Shown here: positions 21,856 through 30,843 of the stretch, piece by piece
Layout: each line of letters opens with the position of its first letter
Numbering within the stretch: the first letter of the stretch is position 1
Source of the DNA: Patescibacteria group bacterium
Lineage (GTDB): Bacteria > Patescibacteriota > UBA1384 > XYA2-FULL-43-10 > 1-14-0-10-43-13
Assembly: GCA_038078835.1 (NCBI GenBank)
Contig: JBBTQI010000009.1
Span: forward strand, 3,714-67,713
Length of the DNA: 64,000 bases
Direction: 5' to 3'
Notes under the pieces: generated by a model
Databases searched by the model: none
Told to the model about the DNA's origin: nothing
The model's input: the letters and a program-made list of their open reading frames with translations, nothing else
Position numbers and translations under genes: made by a program

Positions 21856-22556
21856 CTAGGAGCGAGCGGCAACACTCGAGTAGGTCTGCCGCGTCCTCTC
21901 CATAGCCGCGGCGATTCTCGCCCTCTCGCGAGCGGCGGCGTCTTGCTGCGCAACGGGTCGCTCCGTCGCCTTCTTCTGCTCCCCGATGATCCCGCGGGTC
22001 TCTGCGAGGATCTCGGAGCAGCCTTGGCCGGCGCGGTCCCAGTGACCGCCGGCCAAGGCGACGCGAGCCTCGTGGAACCGCCGCCGTAGCTCTTGGTAGC
22101 GGGCGTGATTCCGGACGCCCTTCAGGGCATCCTTAGTCTTATCAAGCATCCGGAGGGCGGGCGGAATCTGCTTCTCCGCCATGCAACAGGTGCCGCGGAC
22201 AACCGAGGTGTGGCTCTCGACCTCCGTCCACTCGCTATCCTCGGCGGCGGTTCTGGCTTGCGCCAAGCTTTCGTCAAGGCGAGGCAGGAGGTCAGGGCAA
22301 ACGTGTCCCCAAGCCCTTGCCAGCCGATTTCGTGCATCCAAGGCGGCCAGAATCCGCTGATTGGCCAGCTCAATGTTGACAACGCCGAGCAAGTGCTTGA
22401 TCTCCCTGAAGCCCTCCTCTAAATCTTCCTCGACAGTCTCAATGATCTTGAGGAGGACGCTATCCTCCAGTCGAGTGCTCGGGTGGAGCCTGCCATTCAG
22501 GCGCTCGAGGAGCGCCAAGAGACCGTTGAAACCGGTGTTTGCCGCCATCATCTTCC
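21856..22556 (-). CDS. Hypothetical protein
   Basis: RBS GGAGGG before 'MMAANTG'. Charged, helical composition. Confidence 0.4.
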
Positions 22557-22698
22557 CTCCTTCAAGTCGAACAACTCGGCCCACGATCAGAGTAACATCG
22601 TTAACTCTTCGCGGCGCCAAGGATTCGACTCGGGAGAGCAATAGGTTAAAAGTCATAGCCAAAATAACTCAATATAATAGCACTATAATCTTATATTG

Positions 22699-23001
22699 TC
22701 AAGAGAAAAATTCGACAATGGCGCCGGTGACAAAGCGGATAATAAAGTAAGAAAGAACGATAATAACTATACCGATAATAACGTTAATAAAAGCCCGCTG
22801 AGCTCGCTGGGCTTGCTCATTGTTGCCACCGGCCGTGATGTAAAGAACGCCGGCATAAATGAGATAAATAAAGGCGATCAGGCCGGCTACGATCAAAAAC
22901 AGATTGGCAATTTGCGCCGCCAGCTCCTCCAGGGTCGGGGCTTCTTCCGGCCGGACGATGGTGATTAAATCCCGCAAATCTTCCGCATCAATCATAAGCA
23001 T
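22699..23001 (-). CDS. Small two-TM membrane protein (pilin/VirB2-like topology; speculative)
   Basis: 100 aa with two long hydrophobic segments separated by 'TAGGNNEQAQRAQRA'. Confidence 0.35.
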   Translation of the reverse strand: MLMIDAEDLRDLITIVRPEEAPTLEELAAQIANLFLIVAGLIAFIYLIYAGVLYITAGGNNEQAQRAQRAFINVIIGIVIIVLSYFIIRFVTGAIVEFFS

Positions 23002-23134
23002 CCTTTCAGCTCCTCCATCTTAAGTTTAGCAGGTCTTGCCAAATTTCCCGATTATGATAAGCTGGGGTGCCTCCTAGCCGGGTTTCGGCTTGGTTGGGAG
23101 CACAATCGCGTCTATCGAAAGGGAGGGAAAGAGG

Positions 23135-23842
23135 ATGCGCGCCAGCTTGCTGGTCACGGCATTTGTGTGCTTGTTGGCTGTGTGCACCGATTCGGTTTTG
23201 GCAGACCAAAGCGGCAACTTGAGTTCGCGCGGCGGTCCGTCTCCGGGCCGGCCCATTACGGTTTATGACGAGGAGAGGCGGCCAATACTCATCCTTGAGC
23301 CGGAACTGCGTGTTCGAGAAGCTGTTCCGCCGCGACGGCACCGGGCGAAGCCGCGGCCGACCGGTCAGATCAGGCGGGCCGGGGTGCCGGCGCAAAAACC
23401 AAGAGCGGCTCCGCCGCCTCGAGTGGATGTCGGCCGGATCACCGCCGAGGTGAGAGAGAGACTGCGGCAGGACGAGAGTTTCCAGCAGAACCTGGCGAAA
23501 GTGGTCAAAGACGAGCTCCTGGCCGACAACAATTTCCGGGAAACTTTGGCGGAGGCGGCAGTCGACCGGATTGTCAATCAGCTCAAATCGCCCCAAAGCG
23601 AGATCGGCCAAGCAGTGGAGAGGGCGGCGGCCCGGGCGCTTAGATCCGCTCTGCCGCAAATCAGGCCGGGGCGGGCAATTGTCCCAGTCTGGCTCTTTGC
23701 CCTCCTCGTGCTTGCTCTGCTGGCGATAGCGGTTCTCCTGGCGATGTCGGCCATCATTCCTGTCGCCTTGCGGGTGGCGATTATCGCCATCTTCGTTGTC
23801 CTGGCCGTTCTGCTTGTCTGGCAGACAGTGTTTCTGGGGTGA
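23135..23842 (+). CDS. Secreted or membrane-anchored hypothetical protein (signal peptide + C-terminal TM)
   Basis: 'MRASLLVTAFVCLLAVCTDSVLA', a Pro/Arg-rich linker, and a C-terminal hydrophobic anchor. RBS GGAGGG. Confidence 0.4.
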   Translation: MRASLLVTAFVCLLAVCTDSVLADQSGNLSSRGGPSPGRPITVYDEERRPILILEPELRVREAVPPRRHRAKPRPTGQIRRAGVPAQKPRAAPPPRVDVGRITAEVRERLRQDESFQQNLAKVVKDELLADNNFRETLAEAAVDRIVNQLKSPQSEIGQAVERAAARALRSALPQIRPGRAIVPVWLFALLVLALLAIAVLLAMSAIIPVALRVAIIAIFVVLAVLLVWQTVFLG

Positions 23843-23992
23843 CGAAGTGCATCTCCGGTTGTCCCGGCAAGTGTCGGGACAACTTTTTCTCTTGCATCAT
23901 CCGGGTGACTTGATACAATGATCTGCCGTCCCGATTCGGTTGGGACGACGTACCTTTGAAAATTCACGCAGGTAGGATGCGAGGAGGAGAGG

Positions 23993-24940
23993 ATGACCAT
24001 ACGGTCATGGCGGTTCGTTGTCACCGGTCTGGTACTTCTGAGTGGTTTTGCTGTGCGGGCGGGGGCCGAGGAGGCAGATATTCTCGCGACAACGCCTTTG
24101 CCCCCAGACAGTGCTGTCGAGGTTGTTTCTGATCAACCGCCGGTTTTGCCAACGGTTGAAGAGCGTCTGGCGCTCCTGGAGCAACAGGGAGTGGTAATCC
24201 GTCAGTTGCTTGCCGCCTCAGAGAAGCGCGAGACGGACCGAGAGCTGGCTCTGGAGGCCTCGACCCGCTGGCAGATCAGTGAGCAGATGAAAGTCGAGCG
24301 CGAGAAGCTCGAACGATTGCTTGCCGACTACATCAGCCGGGTTGATGATGCCGAGAGCCGGTTCTTAGCGGCGGCCGCTCACGATCAAGCGCAGGACAAG
24401 ATTCTGACTTACTTGAGGGTAGAGAAGGCCGCAGTCAGATATCGGCTGAGCCGCTATGAGGCCCAACAGGCCAATGCCGGTAGCCAACTTCCCCGGCAGG
24501 TTAGCTTCAGGGAGTGGGTCGGAGGTATGACGAGCGAATCCTTCGGCCAGCTTGTCCAAGCACTCGGCAAGGTCTTTGTTACTGAGGAGCGGGCCCGCGA
24601 GGTGGCGCGCGAGGAGCTTCGCCACAACGGTGAAGCAAATCAACTTCAGGCAAAGGCCGCAAGCCGGAAGCCCTTCTTGCCGCTAGGTGAAAGTGGGGAG
24701 AAGAAGGCGGTGGCAGGAGAGCCATTTTCCCGTGAGATGGTGCTGCTCTTGCTCCTGCTCTCGGGGTTATCCTGGGGCGTTTCCTATTACGCCCTCGATC
24801 CGGGGCAGGACAGGTCCGAAAAGATGCCGCCCTGGCGGCGGCAGGTACAGCAGTGGTTGGGGGAAAAGCGCAACCGGGCGGCGGCCGCCTGTGTCTCGAG
24901 CTTTCTTCTAACCATCCTCGTTCATGCCATCGCCACATAG
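23993..24940 (+). CDS. Secreted coiled-coil hypothetical protein
   Basis: Signal peptide 'MTIRSWRFVVTGLVLLSGFAVRAGA', heptad-rich middle, C-terminal TM. Confidence 0.4.
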   Translation: MTIRSWRFVVTGLVLLSGFAVRAGAEEADILATTPLPPDSAVEVVSDQPPVLPTVEERLALLEQQGVVIRQLLAASEKRETDRELALEASTRWQISEQMKVEREKLERLLADYISRVDDAESRFLAAAAHDQAQDKILTYLRVEKAAVRYRLSRYEAQQANAGSQLPRQVSFREWVGGMTSESFGQLVQALGKVFVTEERAREVAREELRHNGEANQLQAKAASRKPFLPLGESGEKKAVAGEPFSREMVLLLLLLSGLSWGVSYYALDPGQDRSEKMPPWRRQVQQWLGEKRNRAAAACVSSFLLTILVHAIAT

Positions 24941-24949
24941 GCGAACTCC

Positions 24950-24988
24950 GCCCCGTGCCGGGCCCAGTCCGGCACGGGGATTTTTTTA
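24950..24988 (+). terminator. Strong rho-independent terminator
   Basis: 'ccccgtgccgggcccagtccggcacgggg' followed by 'atttttttatt'. Confidence 0.8.
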
Positions 24989-25048
24989 TTATTACTTGGT
25001 GCTGACTTGAAAATTAATATAAGGCCATAACTTTATTTAACCAAACCC

Positions 25049-25540
25049 TTGACAATTTATGGCCAAATGCATTAAAATAGTTTAATTATCCTAAATCAGA
25101 GCTCTACTCGGTTTAGGACAGAGCCTTAAAAAGATAATTGCTTGTTCTCGGAGGGGCAAGAGTGAGATGGGAGGAACCCCGATCAGCCCGTCGGGGTGAC
25201 GGAAGATGTGATATCAATCGATAAAATAAACGGTTGCCCACATCTTCCGCCCAGCTCATTCTTGCTGCAAACATTCGGAAATAAAAAAAGCAAGAAGAAA
25301 TCAGCCCTAAACCACAAAGGGTTCAGGGCAAGGAGGGAGCAAAAAGACGTCTTTTGCTAGATAAAAATCTAGTAAGGGATGTTACAACCTCCGTCGAAAG
25401 ACGGATCTTGCAACTCCGCTTATGGGCGTAAGTTGATGTGACCGGGCAATAATTAAAATAATTTGTTCCCGACCAGTTCACAAATCACTTGCGTCCTACA
25501 AAAACCCTGCTTAAGAAATTAAACAGGGTTTTTGTTTTTG
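25049..25540 (+). ncRNA. Candidate ~450-nt structured ncRNA or long leader (sigma70-like promoter to intrinsic terminator, no ORF)
   Basis: TTGACA at 25049, then 17 bp, then 'ttaaaat'. Several hairpins follow: 'ggaagatgtg...cacatcttcc', 'ccccga...tcgggg', and 'agcaaaaagacgtcttttgct'. It ends in the terminator 'aaccctgcttaagaaattaaacagggtttttgttttt' (25499-25538). Confidence 0.35.
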
Positions 25541-25629
25541 GATAAGTCACCCCTCGAGACATTGGCGCTGGTTCCCGGTTGGGATAGAGTGGAGAGCATA
25601 GCGCAACGCGCTCAGAAAGAGGGGGGACA

Positions 25630-25966
25630 ATGTCATGTATTCTGATGCTCGACGACGACCCCAACCAGATCGATATCCTTGGCCTTATCTTTGAGGGTCA
25701 AGGCCACAAAGCTTTTCTTGCCTTTAGTCCGGAAAGGGCGATCGAGATCATCGGGGCGGGGGGGGGTTGAGGGCGCCATCCTCGATTATTGCTGTCCTTA
25801 CGTCGGGGATGGCCTTAAGGTCGCCCGCCGGCTGGTCGAATGCGGTGTGCCGGCGGAGCGCATCCGCATTGTCACCGGCAGTGACGACACCGGATTACAA
25901 ACCTGCGGCTTCATCGTTATGCGAAAGCCGGTTGACATCAGCCAACTTCTGGCGGTCTTCAAATGA
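25630..25966 (+). pseudogene. Single-domain response regulator (CheY-like receiver) split by a frameshift in a 9-G homopolymer
   Basis: Frame 1 reads 'MSCILMLDDDPNQIDILGLIFEGQGHKAFLAFSPERAIEIIGAGGG*'. Frame 2 continues 'VEGAILDYCCPYVGDGLKVARRL...RIVTGSDD...IVMRKPVDISQL'. Deleting one G in the tract at 25729-25737 restores a ~110-aa receiver. Confidence 0.55.
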
Positions 25967-26041
25967 CCGCCCCTGACAGGGTGTCCCGGGGTCCTTTCGC
26001 CTCGGGACACCGTTCATTTAGTGGAAGGATTACAGACGGAG

Positions 26042-26428
26042 ATGAGACAAACTATCGGTCTTTTGGCCGTGGACAGAAGTGATTGTGTCCTGTTCGTTAA
26101 GAAACAGAAATGGTGGATTCTTCCCGGTGGTAAGCCAGAGGGTGGAGAATCGGAGGAGGAATGTCTCCGGCGGGAGATCGGCGAGGAATTGCCCGGCGTG
26201 ACAGTCTCGGACGCAACGAGACTTGGCAGCGTTTGCGGTGTTTCTCCCATCACCCGGAGTGATATTGAACTTGTTGTTTATGGCGGCAAGATCATCGGGC
26301 CGGTTCGCCCGGCCGCCGAGATACAGGAGGCGCGGTGGGTTCCGTTAGATCGTGTTGATGAGTACCATCTTTCCGACCTGACAAGGGCGGCAATTGGTCG
26401 GTTTCTGCTCAGCCGACAAGATAGCTGA
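26042..26428 (+). CDS. NUDIX hydrolase
   Basis: 'LPGGKPEGGESEEECLRREIGEELPG' is the Nudix box. Confidence 0.65.
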   Translation: MRQTIGLLAVDRSDCVLFVKKQKWWILPGGKPEGGESEEECLRREIGEELPGVTVSDATRLGSVCGVSPITRSDIELVVYGGKIIGPVRPAAEIQEARWVPLDRVDEYHLSDLTRAAIGRFLLSRQDS

Positions 26429-26522
26429 TGAACATAGGCCCCGCGGCGTGTTCGCCCGGGGCTTTTCGTATTTTGGCAGGGTTGATAGAATGAGCAAGTG
26501 TATAGAGCATAGGACATAGAGC

Positions 26523-28643
26523 ATGGGTGATGATTTGTTGGAAGATCTAAATGATCAGCAAAAAGAGGCGGTTCTGGCAACCGAGGGGCCTGTTTTGGTG
26601 CTCGCAGGCGCTGGAAGCGGGAAAACAAAAGCGTTAACTCACCGGCTGGCTTATCTGGTCAAGGAGAAGGGTGTCTCGCCCTTCAATATTTTGGCAGTGA
26701 CTTTTACTAATAAAGCAGCTGGGGAGATGGCGTCAAGAGTGAGTACGCTCTTGGCCCAAGGCCAAAGGCCCAAGGTCCAAGGCCAGGATGACAGTTTTGT
26801 CTCCGACCCTCGGCCTCAATCCTTCGGCCTCCGATTGCCCTGGCTGGGCACTTTTCACTCCGTCTGCGTCCGGATTTTACGGCGGGAAGCACAACACATT
26901 GGCTACGAGCGCAATTTCACCATTTACGACGATGGCGATCAGCTCTCGATTATCAAGCGGATAATGAAAGATTACGACATCAACCCCAAGCAATTCGCGC
27001 CCCAGGCGGTCAGATCCTTTATCTCCGGCGCCAAGAATGAACTCCTTGATGCCGAGGGTTATAAGAAGTATGCTAATTCGCCGATGGAGGCGGTGGCCGG
27101 CCGGGTTTTTGACCGCTACGAACAGTATCTTAAAGACGCCAACGCGATGGATTTTGACGACCTCATTGTTCAATGCGTCCGCCTCTTCGAGGAGAATCCG
27201 GCGGTGCTTAAGGAGTATCAGGATCGTTTTAGGTACATTTTAATCGACGAGTATCAGGACACCAATCAGGCGCAATACATCTGGGTCAAGATGCTGGCCA
27301 AAAAACACCAAAACATTATGGTCGTGGGGGATGATTTTCAGTCGATTTATTCTTGGCGCGGCGCAAATTTTCGCAACATCTTAAACTTCAACCGCGATTA
27401 TCCCCGGGCTAAGGTAATTAAGTTGGAGCAGAACTATCGCTCGACCCGGACAATTCTCTCGGCGGCGAATGAGGTGATCAAATATAACCGTCAGCGGACC
27501 GATAAAAATCTCTGGACGGAGAATGCGGAGGGCTTGCCAATCACGGTCTATGAAGCCTTGAACGAGAAGGATGAGGCGGAGTTCGTGGCGATGGAAATAA
27601 TGTCGCTGATGAGGCGGAATCAAAAAATAAGTGTCATTTCTCGTCCCGATAGTCATCGGGACGAGAAATCCCGTCAATCCCAAGAGAGATGGGATCTCTC
27701 GTCGCAGGCTCCTCGAGATGACTATAGCCAAGGTCTTGGCTATAGTCATTTTACCGTTCTCTATCGCACCAATGCTCAATCGCGGGCGATCGAGGAGGCT
27801 CTGCTGCGTTTTAATATTCCCTACCGCGTTGTTGGCGGCATTCGTTTTTATGAGCGCAAAGAGATAAAGGATATCGTGTCGTACCTTCGCTTTATTCTAA
27901 ATCCAAATGATAGCGAGGCGTTTGAACGGATTGTAAATATGCCGCTAAGAGGAATTGGCGAAGCAACGATAGCGAAGATGCGCCAATTTCCAATTTCCGA
28001 TTTTCAATTTCCAAATAATGTCCAAATTTCAAATCCCAAAATCCAAAAATTTTTCGTCATGATGCAGGAGATGAGGGAGTATGCGCAAGATATTGATCTG
28101 CCGACCTTGATTGAACATGTGGCGGTAAAATCGGGCTACAAGAACTATTTACTCGACGGTACCCCGGAGGGCGAGGGAAGGTGGGAAAATATTCTTGAGT
28201 TAACGAGCGTAGCTCGGTCACTAACTCAAGAAGTCGAAGGTCAAAGGCTTAAGGCCGAAAGCGATTATAATGATAGCCTTTGGCCTTTGGCCTTTGGCCT
28301 TGAGCTCTTCTTGGAGCGGGTGGCGTTGGTGCAGGATGCGGATAATATCGACAGAAGTGCGGACGCGGTGACACTTATGACTCTCCACTCGGCCAAGGGC
28401 CTGGAGTTTCCGGTAGTCTTTATTGTCGGGGCCGAGGAGGGTCTCTTTCCCCACTCCCGGGCACTTATGGATGAGAGTGAGATGGAGGAGGAGCGGCGGC
28501 TTTGCTACGTTGGCATCACCCGGGCGATGCGGCGGCTCTACCTTATCCATGCCTCCGAGCGCACCTACTTTGGCCGCTTGCAGTGGAACCCCAAATCCCG
28601 CTTTATCGAATCCATCCCCGAGTGTTTGATTGATAAAATATGA
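26523..28643 (+). CDS. uvrD: ATP-dependent DNA helicase UvrD/PcrA, with several low-complexity in-frame insertions
   Basis: Walker A 'AGAGSGKTKALTHR', and 'VLYRTNAQSRAIEEAL'. Inserted tandem repeats 'ggccaaagg'xN lie at 26754-26788, with the inverse 'cctttggcc'xN at 28275-28305. A 'ccaaat/ccaaaa' repeat lies at 27983-28050. Confidence 0.9.
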   Translation: MGDDLLEDLNDQQKEAVLATEGPVLVLAGAGSGKTKALTHRLAYLVKEKGVSPFNILAVTFTNKAAGEMASRVSTLLAQGQRPKVQGQDDSFVSDPRPQSFGLRLPWLGTFHSVCVRILRREAQHIGYERNFTIYDDGDQLSIIKRIMKDYDINPKQFAPQAVRSFISGAKNELLDAEGYKKYANSPMEAVAGRVFDRYEQYLKDANAMDFDDLIVQCVRLFEENPAVLKEYQDRFRYILIDEYQDTNQAQYIWVKMLAKKHQNIMVVGDDFQSIYSWRGANFRNILNFNRDYPRAKVIKLEQNYRSTRTILSAANEVIKYNRQRTDKNLWTENAEGLPITVYEALNEKDEAEFVAMEIMSLMRRNQKISVISRPDSHRDEKSRQSQERWDLSSQAPRDDYSQGLGYSHFTVLYRTNAQSRAIEEALLRFNIPYRVVGGIRFYERKEIKDIVSYLRFILNPNDSEAFERIVNMPLRGIGEATIAKMRQFPISDFQFPNNVQISNPKIQKFFVMMQEMREYAQDIDLPTLIEHVAVKSGYKNYLLDGTPEGEGRWENILELTSVARSLTQEVEGQRLKAESDYNDSLWPLAFGLELFLERVALVQDADNIDRSADAVTLMTLHSAKGLEFPVVFIVGAEEGLFPHSRALMDESEMEEERRLCYVGITRAMRRLYLIHASERTYFGRLQWNPKSRFIESIPECLIDKI

Positions 28644-28770
28644 GATGGCACCGAATCGTGTTTGTTGTATACACATATTCAGTTTGACTAACTGCCCCCA
28701 CTCCCTATTGCAAGATGCAATGAAGGACTTGCTCTGCGACATAATGCTCTCTATAATGGTTGTTAATGCT

Positions 28771-29772
28771 ATGCGCAAGATCAACAAGTATATTTTAGCG
28801 GGAGTAGCCCTGCCGGCGGTATTCCTCGGCACTCTCTACTCTCAGGCGAACACAAGCGAGCGAAACCAAAGTGTGGTCGGGAGGGACGAATCCCGGCCCT
28901 ATTTGATTGAAGTGTTTGCACCGAACGGGGAAAAGGCGTCAACAGCGAGGGGAAACAGTTTGGCCAAAACCCCGTTTTTTGTTGCCGTTGACTTGGGGAT
29001 AAAACCCCATGAGAAGGACCGTTTTGAGATGTTTCCGCCGATTGAAATGAGTCTGGGCGGCAAGATTACTCTGTATGAGACGCCAGCGTATGAGATTACC
29101 GATGGCCGGAAAAAGTTAACCGCCCGAAGTTGGGCAAAAACCGTGGGTGAGTTGTTGGCCGAGAACAAGCTGGAGATCGGTGTCGACGATAAGATCAACT
29201 TTTCGCCGGACACCGTCCTGGTACCGGGTATGAAAATTATTATCATCCGCGTGGCCAAGACAACAGTCTTTGAGACGGAACCGATTAATTTCAAAACCAT
29301 CAAAACCGATGATCCGACCCTGGATCAGGGTAAGACAAGGGTGACGGAGCGGGGGCAGAAAGGCGAGAGGAGGTATGCCTACGAGGTGACACGGGAGGAT
29401 GGCGTCGAGGTTTTAAGGGTGCTCAAAAAAACCGAGGTGACTCGCGAGCCGGTGACGGAGCGGGTCCTGGTCGGGACGAAGCCGGCCATACACACCGCCT
29501 GCCGCTTTAACGACACGGTCATTGCCGCCGCCATTAAACATAATCTCGATCCCAACTCGCTTTGCATTCGAATGATGAAGGAGAGCCGGGGCAATCCCAA
29601 CTCCGATGGCGGGCAGTGGAAGGGTTTATTCCAATACGAAGAGGGGCTGTGGCAGTCGGTCTCCGCCAAAGCCGGCTATGCCGGCGCCAGTATTTGGGAC
29701 CCGGAGGCCCAAATCCACGTCACTGCCTGGGCCTGGACGCATGGCTACCGCGGCAGATGGCCGGGGAGTTAG
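28771..29772 (+). CDS. RpfB-like cell-wall protein (DUF348 + G5 + C-terminal transglycosylase-like domain)
   Basis: N-terminal TM/signal 'MRKINKYILAGVALPAVFLG'. A G5-like segment 'KTRVTERGQKGERRYAYEVTREDG...'. The architecture resembles resuscitation-promoting factor B. Confidence 0.45.
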   Translation: MRKINKYILAGVALPAVFLGTLYSQANTSERNQSVVGRDESRPYLIEVFAPNGEKASTARGNSLAKTPFFVAVDLGIKPHEKDRFEMFPPIEMSLGGKITLYETPAYEITDGRKKLTARSWAKTVGELLAENKLEIGVDDKINFSPDTVLVPGMKIIIIRVAKTTVFETEPINFKTIKTDDPTLDQGKTRVTERGQKGERRYAYEVTREDGVEVLRVLKKTEVTREPVTERVLVGTKPAIHTACRFNDTVIAAAIKHNLDPNSLCIRMMKESRGNPNSDGGQWKGLFQYEEGLWQSVSAKAGYAGASIWDPEAQIHVTAWAWTHGYRGRWPGS

Positions 29773-29906
29773 AACGGGATTGTTTAAATGATCAATGATC
29801 AAGTATCAATGATTAATTAATTATCAAATATCAATTGTTTAATAATTGAAACCTTGAACCTTAATTGACTATTGACCATTGATACTTGAAACTTGGAGCC
29901 TGAAAC

Positions 29907-30140
29907 ATGAGACAATCGAATACAAAAATTCAACCAGGCATCTACCGCCACTACAAGGGCGGCACTTATCGTGTTTTGGGCGTAGCCAAACACTCCGAAA
30001 CACTTGAGGAGATGGTTATTTATGAAGCGCTCTACGATAATCCGATCTCTAAGCTTTGGGCCAGACCGTTATCGATGTTCCTTGATGAGGTTGAATGGCA
30101 GGGGAAGAAGGCAAAGAGATTCACTTTTGTGGTAAAATAA
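29907..30140 (+). CDS. DUF1653-domain protein
   Basis: 'GIYRHYKGGTYRVLGVAKHSETLEEMVIYEALY' is the DUF1653 signature. Confidence 0.6.
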   Translation: MRQSNTKIQPGIYRHYKGGTYRVLGVAKHSETLEEMVIYEALYDNPISKLWARPLSMFLDEVEWQGKKAKRFTFVVK

Positions 30141-30154
30141 GATAAAATGAGAGC

Positions 30155-30568
30155 ATGGAGATAAAAATTCCCCAAAATTCAATCCGGAAATTAAAATCCC
30201 TTGGCGTCGGAGTCGTTTATTTATTCGGTTCGGAGGCACAAGGAACGACTCACTTTGACAGCGATATTAATATCGGTGTCGTTTTTCTCGATCCCGCAAA
30301 ACTTGAGGATACCGGGCGAAGACTCAAACTTTACAATGAGCTGGATGATATTTTTACTGAGGCTATTCCGTACCGGCATATTGATACTGTCCTTTTGCAG
30401 ACTACATCTTTATCGCTTCAGTATGAGGCTATTCGGCCAGGTAAGGTTATTTATGAAACTTCCCCGGAATTCAGGGGTAACTACGAGGAAGCCTTGACAA
30501 AATTTTATCTTGATTTTAAGCCTCTTCTCGACATTCAACATCGAGCTGTGCTGGAAAGGATAAAATGA
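30155..30568 (+). CDS. Minimal nucleotidyltransferase (MntA-like antitoxin)
   Basis: 'VYLFGSEAQGTTHFDSDINIGV' (GS...DxD). Confidence 0.65.
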   Translation: MEIKIPQNSIRKLKSLGVGVVYLFGSEAQGTTHFDSDINIGVVFLDPAKLEDTGRRLKLYNELDDIFTEAIPYRHIDTVLLQTTSLSLQYEAIRPGKVIYETSPEFRGNYEEALTKFYLDFKPLLDIQHRAVLERIK

Positions 30569-30843
30569 TAAAAATACCGTTAAACCAAGAAATGTTAACA
30601 GAACGGCTGATTGATATAGAAAAGAGTATTGATGAATTAGAGAGAATGGGGACACTTACTAAGACTGAATTTTTAAGTTGGACACGGATCGCGAAGCTGC
30701 ATTGCGAGAGATTACCACTTTTAATTTAGAAGCAAGATACGACGATTACAAGGAACGTTTCTATGTTAAAGCAAATGAAAACTATACAAGTGAATGGAAT
30801 GAGAAAGCCAAGGAGTTGTACGAATGGCTCAGAGAGCTAATAT
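30565..30843 (+). pseudogene. Degraded HEPN-domain toxin remnant between two nucleotidyltransferase genes
   Basis: 30565-30717 'MIKIPLNQEMLTERLIDIEKSIDELERMGTLTKTEFLS...' resembles a HepT/HEPN N-terminus. A second frame ending at 30843, '...EARYDDYKERFYVKANENYTSEWNEKAKELYEWLREL', resembles a HEPN C-terminus. No intact ORF remains. Confidence 0.4.

Noticed and set aside
25085-25500. RNase P RNA, tmRNA or SRP RNA for the 25-kb non-coding transcript
   Set aside because: The sequence lacks the universal RNase P CR-I/CR-V motifs ('AGGAAAGUCCGGGC', 'ACAGNRANCCGGCUUA'). It lacks the tmRNA tRNA-like ends and tag ORF. It lacks the SRP helix-8 'GGAAGCAGCC' motif.
26754-28305. CRISPR array?
   Set aside because: The tandem repeats found are 9-nt units inside coding sequence, or short AT-rich microsatellites. 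There are no 25-40 nt direct repeats separated by unique spacers, and no cas genes.
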